A DNA stretch of 64,000 nucleotides from Eledone cirrhosa (taxonomy: Eukaryota). The notes under the pieces are model-generated. The model was not told the DNA's origin, did not search any database, and was given only the letters and a program-made list of their open reading frames with translations. Shown piece by piece: positions 1-12,699 of this stretch. The stretch is taken from positions 47,120,001 through 47,184,000 of the forward strand of contig OZ024744.1 in the NCBI GenBank assembly GCA_964016885.1, in the 5' to 3' direction. Positions within the stretch are counted from its first letter, which is position 1. The number at the start of each line of letters is the position of its first letter. The position numbers were made by a program, and so were the translations under genes.

Positions 1-3000
1 GCTTTTTGCTGTGTCTTTCACATGTCCACTTTACAATGTGCGCCGGGTGCTTTTTGCTGTGTCTTTCACATGTCCACTTTACAGTGTCGGCTGGGTGCTT
101 GTTGCTGTGTCTTTCTCACGTCCAAATTACAGTGTGGGCTGGGTGATTTTTGCTGTGTCTTTCACATATACACTTTACAGTGTGGGCTGGGTGCTTTTTG
201 CAGTGTCTTTCACACGTCCACTTTACAGTGTGGGCTGGGTGCTTTTTACTGTGTCTTTCACATGTCCACTTTACAGTGTGGGCTGGGTGCTTTTTGCTGT
301 GTCTTTCACATGTCCACTTTACAGTGTGGGCTGGGTGCGTTTTGCTGTGTCTTTCACATGTCCACTTTAGAGTGTGGACTGTGTGCTTTTTGCTTTGTCT
401 TTCACACCTCAACTTTACAGTGTGGGCTGGGTGCTTTTTGCTGTGTCTTTCACACGTCCACTTTACAGTGTGTGCTGGGTGCTTTTTGCTGTGTCTTTCA
501 CATGTCCACTTCACAGTGTGGGCTGGGTGCTTCTTGCTGTGTCTTTCTCACGTCCACTTCACAGTGTGGGCTGGGTGCTTTTTGCTGTGTCTTTCACATG
601 TCCACTTTACAATGTGGGCTGGGTGCTTTTTGCTGTGTCTTTCACATGTCCACTTTACAATCTGGGCTGGGTGCTTTTTGCTGTGTCTTTCACATATCCA
701 CTTCACAGTGTGGGCTGGGCGCTTTTTGCAGTGTCTTTCACACGTCAACTTTACAGTGTGGGCTGGGTGCTTTTTGCTGTGTCTTTCACATGTCCACTTG
801 ACAGTGTGGGCTGGGTGCTTTTTGCAGTGTCTTTCACACGTCCACTTTACAGTGTGGGCTGGGTGCTTTTTGCTGTGTCTTTCACATGTCCACTTTACAG
901 TGTGGGCTGTGTGCTTTTTGCAGTGTCTTTCACACGTCCACTTTACAGTGTGGGCTGGGTGCTTTTTGCTGTGTCTTTCACATGTCCACTTCACAGTGTG
1001 GGCTGGGTGCTTTTTGCTGTGTCTTTCACATGTCCACTTTACAGTGTGGGCTGGGTGCTTTTTTCAGTGTTTTTCACATGTCCACTTTACAGTGTGGGCT
1101 GGGCGCTTTTTGCAGTGTCTTTCAAACGTCAACTTTACAGTGTGGGCTGGGTGCTTTTTACTGTGTCTTTCACATGTCCACTTTTACAGTGTGGGCTGGG
1201 TGCTTGTTGCTGTGTCTTTCTCACGTCCACTTTACAGTGTGGGCTGGGTGCTTTTTGCTGTGTCTTTCACATGTCCACTTTACAGTGTGGGCTGGGTGCT
1301 TTTTTCAGTGTCTTTCACACGTCCTCTTTACAGTGTGGGCTGGGTGCTTGTTGCTGTGTCTTTCTCACGTCCACTTTACAGTGTGGGCTGGGCGCTTTTT
1401 GCAGTGTCTTTCACACGTCCTCTTTACAGTGTGGGCTGGGTGCTTTTTGCTGTGTCTTTCACATGTCCACTTTACAGTGTGGGCTGGGCGCTTTTTGCAG
1501 TGTCTTTCAAACGTCAACTTTACAGTGTGGGCTGGGTGCTTTTTACTGTGTCTTTCACATGTCCACTTTACAGTGTGGGCTGGGTGCTTTTTGCTGTGTC
1601 TTTCACATGTCTACTTTACAGTGTGGGCTGGGTGCGTTTCGCTGTGTCTTTCACATGTCCACTTTACAGTGTGGACTGTGTGCTTTTTGCTGTGTCTTTC
1701 ACACCTCCACTTTACAGTGTGGGCTGGGTGCTTTTTTCTGTGTCTTTCACACGTCCACTTTACATTGTGGGCTGGGTGATTGTTGCTGTGTCTTTCTCAC
1801 GTCCACTTTACAGTGTGGGCTGGGTGCTTTTTGCTGTGTCTTTCACATGTCCACTTTACAGTGTGGGCTGGGTGCTTTTTTCAGTGTTTTTCACATGTCC
1901 ACTTTACAGTGTGGGCTGGGCGCTTTTTGCAGTGTCTTTCAAACGTCAACTTTACAGTGTGGGCTGGGTGCTTTTTTCAGTGTCTTTCACACGTCCTCTT
2001 TACAGTGTGGGCTGGGTGCTTGTTGCTGTGTCTTTCTCACGTCCACTTTACAGTGTGGGCTGGGCGCTTTTTGCAGTGTCTTTCACACGTCCTCTTTACA
2101 GTGTGGGCTGGGTGCTTTTTGCTGTGTCTTTCACATGTCCACTTTACAGTGTGGGCTGGGCGCTTTTTGCAGTGTCTTTCAAACGTCAACTTTACAGTGT
2201 GGGCTGGGTGCTTTTTACTGTGTCTTTCACATGTCCACTTTACAGTGTGGGCTGGGTGCTTTTTGCTGTGTCTTTCACATGTCCACTTTACAGTGTGGGC
2301 TGGGTGCGTTTTGCTGTGTCTTTCACATGTCCACTTTACAGTGTGGACTGTGTGCTTTTTTCTGTGTCTTTCACACCTCCACTTTACAGTGTGGGCTGGG
2401 TGCTTTTTGCTGTGTCTTTCACACGTCCACTTTACAGTGTGTGCTGGGTGCTTTTTGCTGTGTCTTTCACATGTCCACTTCACAGTGTGGGCTGGGTGCT
2501 TCTTGCTGTGTCTTTCTCACGTCCACTTCACAGTGTGGGCTGGGTCCTTTTTGCTGTGTCTTTCACATGTCCACTTTACAATGTGGGCTGGGTGCTTTTT
2601 GCTGTGTCTTTCACATGTCCACTTTACAATCTGGGCTGGGTGCTTTTTGCTGTGTCTTTCACATATCCACTTTACAGTGTGGGCTGGGCGCTTTTTGCAG
2701 TGTCTTTCACACGTCAACTTTACAGTGTGGGCTGGGTGCTTTTTGCTGTGTCTTTCACATGTCCACTTTACAGTGTGGGCTGGGTGCTTTTTGCAGTGTC
2801 TTTCACACGTCCACTTTACAGTGTGGGCTGGGTGCTTTTTGCTGTGTCTTTCACATGTCCACTTTACAGTGTGGGCTGTGTGCTTTTTGCAGTGTCTTTC
2901 ACACGTCCACTTTACAGTGTGGGCTGGGTGCTTTTTGCTGTGTCTTTCACATGTCCACTTCACAGTGTGGGCTGGGTGCTTTTTGCTGTGTCTTTCACAT

Positions 3001-4799
3001 GTCCACTTTACAGTGTGGGCTGGGTGCTTTTTTCAGTGTTTTTCACATGTCCACTTTACAGTGTGGGCTGGGCGCTTTTTGCAGTGTCTTTCAAACGTCA
3101 ACTTTACAGTGTGGGCTGGGTGCTTTTTACTGTGTCTTTCACATGTCCACTTTTACAGTGTGGGCTGGGTGCTTGTTGCTGTGTCTTTCTCACGTCCACT
3201 TTACAGTGTGGGCTGGGTGCTTTTTGCTGTGTCTTTCACATGTCCACTTTACAGTGTGGGCTGGGTGCTTTTTTCAGTGTCTTTCACACGTCCTCTTTAC
3301 AGTGTGGGCTGGGTGCTTGTTGCTGTGTCTTTCTCACGTCCACTTTACAGTGTGGGCTGGGCGCTTTTTGCAGTGTCTTTCACACGTCCTCTTTACAGTG
3401 TGGGCTGGGTGCTTTTTGCTGTGTCTTTCACATGTCCACTTTACAGTGTGGGCTGGGCGCTTTTTGCAGTGTCTTTCAAACGTCAACTTTACAGTGTGGG
3501 CTGGGTGATTTTTACTGTGTCTTTCACATGTCCACTTTACAGTGTGGGCTGGGTGCTTTTTGCTGTGTCTTTCACATGTCCACTTTACAGTGTGGGCTGG
3601 GTGCGTTTCGCTGTGTCTTTCACATGTCCACTTTACAGTGTGGACTGTGTGCTTTTTGCTGTGTCTTTCACACCTCCACTTTACAGTGTGGGCTGGGTGC
3701 TTTTTGCTGTGTCTTTCACACGTCCACTTTACAGTGTGTGCTGGGTGCTTTTTGCTGTGTCTTTCACATGTCCACTTCACAGTGTGGGCTGGGTGCTTCT
3801 TGCTGTGTCTTTCTCACGTCCACTTCACAGTGTGGGCTGGGTGCTTTTTGCTGTGTCTTTCACATGTCCACTTTACAATGTGGGCTGGGTGCTTTTTGCT
3901 GTGTCTTTCACATGTCCACTTTACAATCTGGGCTGGGTGCTTTTTGCTGTGTCTTTCACATATCCACTTTACAGTGTGGGCTGGGCGCTTTTTGCAGTGT
4001 CTTTCACACGTCAACTTTACAGTGTGGGCTGGGTGCTTTTTGCTGTGTCTTTCACATGTCCACTTTACAGTGTGGGCTGGGTGCTTTTTGCAGTGTCTTT
4101 CACACGTCCACTTTACAGTGTGGGCTGGGTGCTTTTTGCTGTGTCTTTCACATGTCCACTTTACAGTGTGGGCTGTGTGCTTTTTGCAGTGTCTTTCTCC
4201 TATCCACTTTACAGTGTGGGCTGGGTGCTTTTTGCTGTGTCTTTCACATGTCCACTTCACAGTGTGGGCTGGGTGCTTTTTGCTGTGTCTTTCACATGTC
4301 CACTTTACAGTGTGGGCTGCGTGCTTTTTGCTGTATCTTTCACATGTCCATTTTGCAGTGTGGGCTGTGTGCTTTTTTCAGTGTCTTTCACATGTCCACT
4401 TCACGGTGTGGGCGGGATGCTTTTTGCTGTGTCTTTCACATGTCCACTTTACAATGTGGGCTGGGTGCTTTTTGCAGTGTCTTTCACATGTCCACTTTAC
4501 AGTGCGGGCTGGGCGCTTTTTGCAGTGTCTTTCAAACGTCAACTTTACAGTGTGGGCTGGATACTTTTTACTGTGTCTTTCACATGTCCACTTTACAGTG
4601 TGGGCTGGGTGCGTTTTGCTGTGTCTTTCACATGTCCACTTTACACTGTGGGCTTGGTGCTTTTTGCTGTGTCTTTCACATATCCACTTTACAATGTGGG
4701 CTGGGTGCTTTTTGCTGAGTCTTTCACACGTCCACTTTACAGTGTGGGCTGTGTGCTTTTTGCAGTGTCTTTCAAACGTCAACTTTACAGTGTGGGCTG

Positions 4800-7700
4800 G
4801 GTGCTTTTTGCTGTGTCTTTCACATGTCCACTTTACAATGTGGGCTGGGTGCTTTTTGCTGTGTCTTTCACATGTCCACTTTACAGTGTGGGCTGGGTGC
4901 TTCTTGCAGTGTCTTTCACATGTCCACTTTACAGTGTGGGCTGGGTGCTTTTTGCTGTGTCTTTCACATGTCCACTTTACAGTGTGGGCTGGGTGCTTTT
5001 TGCTGTGCCTTTCACATGTCCACTTTATAGTGTGGGCTGGGTGCTTTTTTGCAGTGTCTTTCACACGTCCACTTTACAGTTTGGGCTGGGTGCTTTTGCT
5101 GTGTCTTTCACATGTCCACTTTACAGTGTGGGCTGGGTGCTTTTGCTGTGTCTTTCACATGTCTACTTTACAATGTGGGCTGGGTGCTTTTTGCTGTGTC
5201 TTTCACATGTCCACTTTACAGTGTGGGCTGGGTGCTTCTTGCAGTGTCTTTCACATGTCCACTTTACAGTGTGGGCTGGGTGCTTTTTGCTGTGTCTTTC
5301 ACATGTCCACTTTACAGTGTGGGCTGGGTGCTTTTTGCTGTGTCTTTCACGTGCCCACTTCACAGTGTGGGCTGGGTGCTTTTTGCTGTGTCTTTCACAT
5401 GTCCACTTTACAATATGGGCTGGGTGCTTTTTGCTGTGTCTTTCAAATGTCCACTTTACAATGTGGGCTGGGTGATTTTTGCTGTGTCTTTCACATGTCC
5501 ACTTTACAGTGTGGACTCGGTGCTTTTTGCTGTGTCTTTCACCTGTCCACTTTACAGTGTGGGCTGGGTGCTTTTTGCTGAGTCTTTCACATGTCCACTT
5601 TACAGTGTGGGCTGGGTGCTTTTTGCAGTGTCTTTCACACGTCCACTTTATAGTGTGGGCTGGGTGCTTTTTGCTGTGTCTTTCACATGTCCACTTTACA
5701 GTGTGGGCTGGGTGCTTTTTGCTGTGTCTTTCACATGTCCACTTTACAATGTGCGCCGGGTGCTTTTTGCTGTGTCTTTCACATGTCCACTTTACAGTGT
5801 CGGCTGGGTGCTTGTTGCTGTGTCTTTCTCACGTCCAAATTACAGTGTGGGCTGGGTGATTTTTGCTGTGTCTTTCACATGTACACTTTACAGTGTGGGC
5901 TGGGTGCTTTTTGCAGTGTCTTTCACACGTCCACTTTACAGTGTGGGCTGGGTGCTTTTTACTGTGTCTTTCACATGTCCACTTTACAGTGTGGGCTGGG
6001 TGCTTTTTGCTGTGTCTTTCACATGTCCACTTTACAGTGTGGGCTGGGTGCGTTTTGCTGTGTCTTTCACATGTCCACTTTACAGTGTGGACTGTGTGCT
6101 TTTTGCTGTGTCTTTCACACCTCCACTTTACAGTGTGGGCTGGGTGCTTTTTGCTGTGTCTTTCACACGTCCACTTTACAGTGTGTGCTGGGTGCTTTTT
6201 GCTGTGTCTTTCACATGTCCACTTCACAGTGTGGGCTGGGTGCTTCTTGCTGTGTCTTTCTGACGTCCACTTCACAGTGTGGGCTGGGTGCTTTTTGCTG
6301 TGTCTTTCACATGTCCACTTTACAATGTGGGCTGGGTGCTTTTTGCTGTGTCTTTCACATGTCCACTTTACAATCTGGGCTGGGTGCTTTTTGCTGTGTC
6401 TTTCACATATCCACTTCACAGTGTGGGCTGGGCGCTTTTTGCAGTGTCTTTCACACCTCAACTTTACAGTGTGGGCTGGGTGCTTTTTGCTGTGTCTTTC
6501 ACATGTCCACTTTACAGTGTGGGCTGGGTGCTTTTTGCAGTGTCTTTCACACGTCCACTTTACAGTGTGGGCTGGGTGCTTTTTGCTGTGTCTTTCACAT
6601 GTCCACTTTACAGTGTGGGCTGTGTGCTTTTTGCAGTGTCTTTCACACGTCCACTTTACAGTGTGGGCTGGGTGCTTTTTGCTGTGTCTTTCACATGTCC
6701 ACTTCACAGTGTGGGCTGGGTGCTTTTTGCTGTGTCTTTCACATGTCCACTTTACAGTGTGGGCTGGGTGCTTTTTTCAGTGTTTTTCACATGTCCACTT
6801 TACAGTGTGGGCTGGGCGCTTTTTGCAGTGTCTTTCAAACGTCAACTTTACAGTGTGGGCTGGGTGCTTTTTACTGTGTCTTTCACATGTCCACTTTTAC
6901 AGTGTGGGCTGGGTGCTTGTTGCTGTGTCTTTCTCACGTCCACTTTACAGTGTGGGCTGGGTGCTTTTTGCTGTGTCTTTCACATGTCCACTTTACAGTG
7001 TGGGCTGGGTGCTTTTTTCAGTGTCTTTCACACGTCCTCTTTACAGTGTGGGCTGGGTGCTTGTTGCTGTGTCTTTCTCACGTCCACTTTACAGTGTGGG
7101 CTGGGCGCTTTTTGCAGTGTCTTTCACACGTCCTCTTTACAGTGTGGGCTGGGTGCTTTTTGCTGTGTCTTTCACATGTCCACTTTACAATGTGGGCTGG
7201 GTGCTTTTTGCTGTGTCTTTCACATGTCCACTTTTACAGTGTGGGCTGGGTGCTTGTTGCTGTGTCTTTCTCACGTCCACTTTACAGTGTGGGCTGGGTG
7301 CTTTTTGCTGTGTCTTTCACATGTCCACTTTACAGTGTGGGCTGGGTGCTTTTTTCAGTGTCTTTCACACGTCCTCTTTACAGTGTGGGCTGGGTGCTTG
7401 TTGCTGTGTCTTTCTCACGTCCACTTTACAGTGTGGGCTGGGCGCTTTTTGCAGTGTCTTTCACACGTCCTCTTTACAGTGTGGGCTGGGTGCTTTTTGC
7501 TGTGTCTTTCACATGTCCACTTTACAATGTGGGCTGGGTGCTTTTTGCTGTGTCTTTCACATGTCCACTTTACAGTGTGGGCTGGGTGCTTCTTGCAGTG
7601 TCTTTCACATGTCCACTTTACAGTGTGGGCTGGGTGCTTTTTGCTGTGTCTTTCACATGTCCACTTTACAGTGTGGGCTGGGTGCTTTTTGCTGTGCCTT

Positions 7701-9170
7701 TCACATGTCCACTTTATAGTGTGGGCTGGGTGCTTTTTTGCAGTGTCTTTCACACGTCCACTTTACAGTTTGGGCTGGGTGCTTTTGCTGTGTCTTTCAC
7801 ATGTCCACTTTACAGTGTGGGCTGGGTGCTTTTGCTGTGTCTTTCACATGTCTACTTTACAATGTGGGCTGGGTGCTTTTTGCTGTGTCTTTCACATGTC
7901 CACTTTACAGTGTGGGCTGGGTGCTTCTTGCAGTGTCTTTCACATGTCCACTTTACAGTGTGGGCTGGGTGCTTTTTGCTGTGTCTTTCACATGTCCACT
8001 TTACAGTGTGGGCTGGGTGCTTTTTGCTGTGTCTTTCACGTGCCCACTTCACAGTGTGGGCTGGGTGCTTTTTGCTGTGTCTTTCACATGTCCACTTTAC
8101 AATATGGGCTGGGTGCTTTTTGCTGTGTCTTTCAAATGTCCACTTTACAATGTGGGCTGGGTGATTTTTGCTGTGTCTTTCACATGTCCACTTTACAGTG
8201 TGGACTCGGTGCTTTTTGCTGTGTCTTTCACCTGTCCACTTTACAGTGTGGGCTGGGTGCTTTTTGCTGAGTCTTTCACATGTCCACTTTACAGTGTGGG
8301 CTGGGTGCTTTTTGCAGTGTCTTTCACACGTCCACTTTATAGTGTGGGCTGGGTGCTTTTTGCTGTGTCTTTCACATGTCCACTTTACAGTGTGGGCTGG
8401 GTGCTTTTTGCTGTGTCTTTCACATGTCCACTTTACAATGTGCGCCGGGTGCTTTTTGCTGTGTCTTTCACATGTCCACTTTACAGTGTCGGCTGGGTGC
8501 TTGTTGCTGTGTCTTTCTCACGTCCAAATTACAGTGTGGGCTGGGTGATTTTTGCTGTGTCTTTCACATGTACACTTTACAGTGTGGGCTGGGTGCTTTT
8601 TGCAGTGTCTTTCACACGTCCACTTTACAGTGTGGGCTGGGTGCTTTTTACTGTGTCTTTCACATGTCCACTTTACAGTGTGGGCTGGGTGCTTTTTGCT
8701 GTGTCTTTCACATGTCCACTTTACAGTGTGGGCTGGGTGCGTTTTGCTGTGTCTTTCACATGTCCACTTTACAGTGTGGACTGTGTGCTTTTTGCTGTGT
8801 CTTTCACACCTCCACTTTACAGTGTGGGCTGGGTGCTTTTTGCTGTGTCTTTCACACGTCCACTTTACAGTGTGTGCTGGGTGCTTTTTGCTGTGTCTTT
8901 CACATGTCCACTTCACAGTGTGGGCTGGGTGCTTCTTGCTGTGTCTTTCTCACGTCCACTTCACAGTGTGGGCTGGGTGCTTTTTGCTGTGTCTTTCACA
9001 TGTCCACTTTACAATGTGGGCTGGGTGCTTTTTGCTGTGTCTTTCACATGTCCACTTTACAATCTGGGCTGGGTGCTTTTTGCTGTGTCTTTCACATATC
9101 CACTTCACAGTGTGGGCTGGGCGCTTTTTGCAGTGTCTTTCACACGTCAACTTTACAGTGTGGGCTGGGT
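4800..9170. repeat. Local duplication at 2689-bp offset (56 monomers +1 bp): about 4800-6480 repeated at about 7490-9170
   Basis: ORF pairs 5049/7738, 5163/7852, 5479/8168 and 5687/8376 are all offset by 2689. Both copies share the T6 insertion, the GTGCCCAC variant and the AATATGGG variant. Confidence 0.85.
6890..7560. repeat. Tandem 7-monomer (337 bp) duplication
   Basis: The +1 insertion CCACTTTTAC occurs at 6891 and 7228, each followed by the same series of variant monomers (TTGTT/TCTCACG, TTCAG/TCCTCT, GGGCGC). Confidence 0.8.
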
Positions 9171-10300
9171 GCTTTTTGCTGTGTCTTTCACATGTCCACT
9201 TTACAATATGGGCTGGGTGCTTTTTGCTGTGTCTTTCAAATGTCCACTTTACAATGTGGGCTGGGTGATTTTTGCTGTGTCTTTCACATGTCCACTTTAC
9301 AGTGTGGACTCGGTGCTTTTTGCTGTGTCTTTCACCTGTCCACTTTACAGTGTGGGCTGGGTGCTTTTTGCTGAGTCTTTCACATGTCCACTTTACAGTG
9401 TGGGCTGGGTGCTTTTTGCAGTGTCTTTCACACGTCCACTTTATAGTGTGGGCTGGGTGCTTTTTGCTGTGTCTTTCACATGTCCACTTTACAGTGTGGG
9501 CTGGGTGCTTTTTGCTGTGTCTTTCACATGTCCACTTTACAATGTGCGCCGGGTGCTTTTTGCTGTGTCTTTCACATGTCCACTTTACAGTGTCGGCTGG
9601 GTGCTTGTTGCTGTGTCTTTCTCACGTCCAAATTACAGTGTGGGCTGGGTGATTTTTGCTGTGTCTTTCACATGTACACTTTACAGTGTGGGCTGGGTGC
9701 TTTTTGCAGTGTCTTTCACACGTCCACTTTACAGTGTGGGCTGGGTGCTTTTTACTGTGTCTTTCACATGTCCACTTTACAGTGTGGGCTGGGTGCTTTT
9801 TGCTGTGTCTTTCACATGTCCACTTTACAGTGTGGGCTGGGTGCGTTTTGCTGTGTCTTTCACATGTCCACTTTACAGTGTGGACTGTGTGCTTTTTGCT
9901 GTGTCTTTCACACCTCCACTTTACAGTGTGGGCTGGGTGCTTTTTGCTGTGTCTTTCACACGTCCACTTTACAGTGTGTGCTGGGTGCTTTTTGCTGTGT
10001 CTTTCACATGTCCACTTCACAGTGTGGGCTGGGTGCTTCTTGCTGTGTCTTTCTCACGTCCACTTCACAGTGTGGGCTGGGTGCTTTTTGCTGTGTCTTT
10101 CACATGTCCACTTTACAATGTGGGCTGGGTGCTTTTTGCTGTGTCTTTCACATGTCCACTTTACAATCTGGGCTGGGTGCTTTTTGCTGTGTCTTTCACA
10201 TATCCACTTCACAGTGTGGGCTGGGCGCTTTTTGCAGTGTCTTTCACACGTCAACTTTACAGTGTGGGCTGGGTGCTTTTTGCTGTGTCTTTCACATGTC
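8100..10300. repeat. Tandem 23-monomer (1104 bp) duplication
   Basis: ORF pairs 8168/9272, 8376/9480, 8518/9622 and 8950/10054 are all offset by 1104 = 23x48. Confidence 0.88.
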
Positions 10301-12699
10301 CACTTTACAGTGTGGGCTGGGTGCTTTTTGCAGTGTCTTTCACACGTCCACTTTACAGTGTGGGCTGGGTGCTTTTTGCTGTGTCTTTCACATGTCCACT
10401 TTACAGTGTGGGCTGTGTGCTTTTTGCAGTGTCTTTCACACGTCCACTTTACAGTGTGGGCTGGGTGCTTTTTGCTGTGTCTTTCACATGTCCACTTCAC
10501 AGTGTGGGCTGGGTGCTTTTTGCTGTGTCTTTCACATGTCCACTTTACAGTGTGGGCTGGGTGCTTTTTTCAGTGTTTTTCACATGTCCACTTTACAGTG
10601 TGGGCTGGGCGCTTTTTGCAGTGTCTTTCAAACGTCAACTTTACAGTGTGGGCTGGGTGCTTTTTACTGTGTCTTTCACATGTCCACTTTTACAGTGTGG
10701 GCTGGGTGCTTGTTGCTGTGTCTTTCTCACGTCCACTTTACAGTGTGGGCTGGGTGCTTTTTGCTGTGTCTTTCACATGTCCACTTTACAGTGTGGGCTG
10801 GGTGCTTTTTTCAGTGTCTTTCACACGTCCTCTTTACAGTGTGGGCTGGGTGCTTGTTGCTGTGTCTTTCTCACGTCCACTTTACAGTGTGGGCTGGGCG
10901 CTTTTTGCAGTGTCTTTCACACGTCCTCTTTACAGTGTGGGCTGGGTGCTTTTTACTGTGTCTTTCACATGTCCACTTTAAAGTGTGGGCTGGGTGCTTT
11001 TTGCTGTGTCTTTCACATGTCCACTTTACAATGTGGGCTGGGTGCTTTTTGCTGTGTCTTTCACATGTCCACTTTACAATCTGGGCTGGGTGCTTTTTGC
11101 TGTGTCTTTCACATATCCACTTTACAGTGTGGGCTGGGCGCTTTTTGCAGTGTCTTTCACACGTCAACTTTACAGTGTGGGCTGGGTGCTTTTTGCTGTG
11201 TCTTTCACATGTCCACTTTACAGTGTGGGCTGGGTGCTTTTTGCAGTGTCTTTCACACGTCCACTTTACAGTGTGGGCTGGGTGCTTTTTGCTGTGTCTT
11301 TCACATGTCCACTTTACAGTGTGGGCTGTGTGCTTTTTGCAGTGTCTTTCACACGTCCACTTTACAGTGTGGGCTGGGTGCTTTTTGCTGTGTCTTTCAC
11401 ATGTCCACTTTACAGTGTGGGCTGCGTGCTTTTTGCTGTATCTTTCACATGTCCATTTTGCAGTGTGGGCTGTGTGCTTTTTTCAGTGTCTTTCACATGT
11501 CCACTTCACGGTGTGGGCGGGATGCTTTTTGCTGTGTCTTTCACATGTCCACTTTACAATGTGGGCTGGGTGCTTTTTGCAGTGTCTTTCACATGTCCAC
11601 TTTACAGTGCGGGCTGGGCGCTTTTTGCAGTGTCTTTCAAACGTCAACTTTACAGTGTGGGCTGGATACTTTTTACTGTGTCTTTCACATGTCCACTTTA
11701 CAGTGTGGGCTGGGTGCTTTTTGCTGAGTCTTTCACATGTCCACTTTACAGTGTGGGCTGGGTGCGTTTTGCTGTGTCTTTCACATGTCCACTTTACACT
11801 GTGGGCTGGGTGCTTTTTGCTGTGTCTTTCACATATCCACTTTACAATGTGGGCTGGGTGCTTTTTGCTGAGTCTTTCACACGTCCACTTTACAGTGTGG
11901 GCTGTGTGCTTTTTGCAGTGTCTTTCAAACGTCAACTTTACAGTGTGGGCTGGGTGCTTTTTGCTGTGTCTTTCACATGTCCACTTTACAATGTGGGCTG
12001 GGTGCTTTTTGCTGTGTCTTTCACATGTCCACTTTACAGTGTGGGCTGGGTGCTTCTTGCAGTGTCTTTCACATGTCCACTTTACAGTGTGGGCTGGGTG
12101 CTTTTTGCTGTGTCTTTCACATGTCCACTTTACAGTGTGGGCTGGGTGCTTTTTGCTGTGCCTTTCACATGTCCACTTTATAGTGTGGGCTGGGTGCTTT
12201 TTGCAGTGTCTTTCACACGTCCACTTTACAGTTTAGGCTGGGTGCTTTTGCTGTGTCTTTCACATGTCCACTTTACAGTGTGGGCTGGGTGCTTTTGCTG
12301 TGTCTTTCACATGTCTACTTTACAATGTGGGCTGGGTGCTTTTTGCTGTGTCTTTCACATGTCCACTTTACAGTGTGGGCTGGGTGCTTCTTGCAGTGTC
12401 TTTCACATGTCCACTTTACAGTGTGGGCTGGGTGCTTTTTGCTGTGTCTTTCACATGTCCACTTTACAATGTGGGCTGGGTGCTTTTTGCTGTGTCTTTC
12501 ACATGCCCACTTCACAGTGTGGGCTGGGTGCTTTTTGCTGTGTCTTTCACATGTCCACTTTACAATGTGGGCTGGGTGCTTTTTGCTGTGTCTTTCAAAT
12601 GTCCACTTTACAATGTGGGCTGGGTGCTTTTTGCTGTGTCTTTCACATGTCCACTTTACAGTGTGGACTCGGTGCTTTTTGCTGTGTCTTTCACCTGTC

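Noticed and set aside
18-27. p53 response element (GGACATGTGA on the - strand)
   Set aside because: This is an 8/10 match to a single RRRCWWGYYY half-site, and the next half-site is 38 bp away, so it is not a canonical paired element.
512-540. + strand 12-RSS at the CACAGTG variant monomers
   Set aside because: A perfect heptamer is present, but the sequence 12 or 23 bp downstream is T-rich with no ACAAAAACC-like nonamer, so no 12/23 pair or D-segment-like arrangement is supported.
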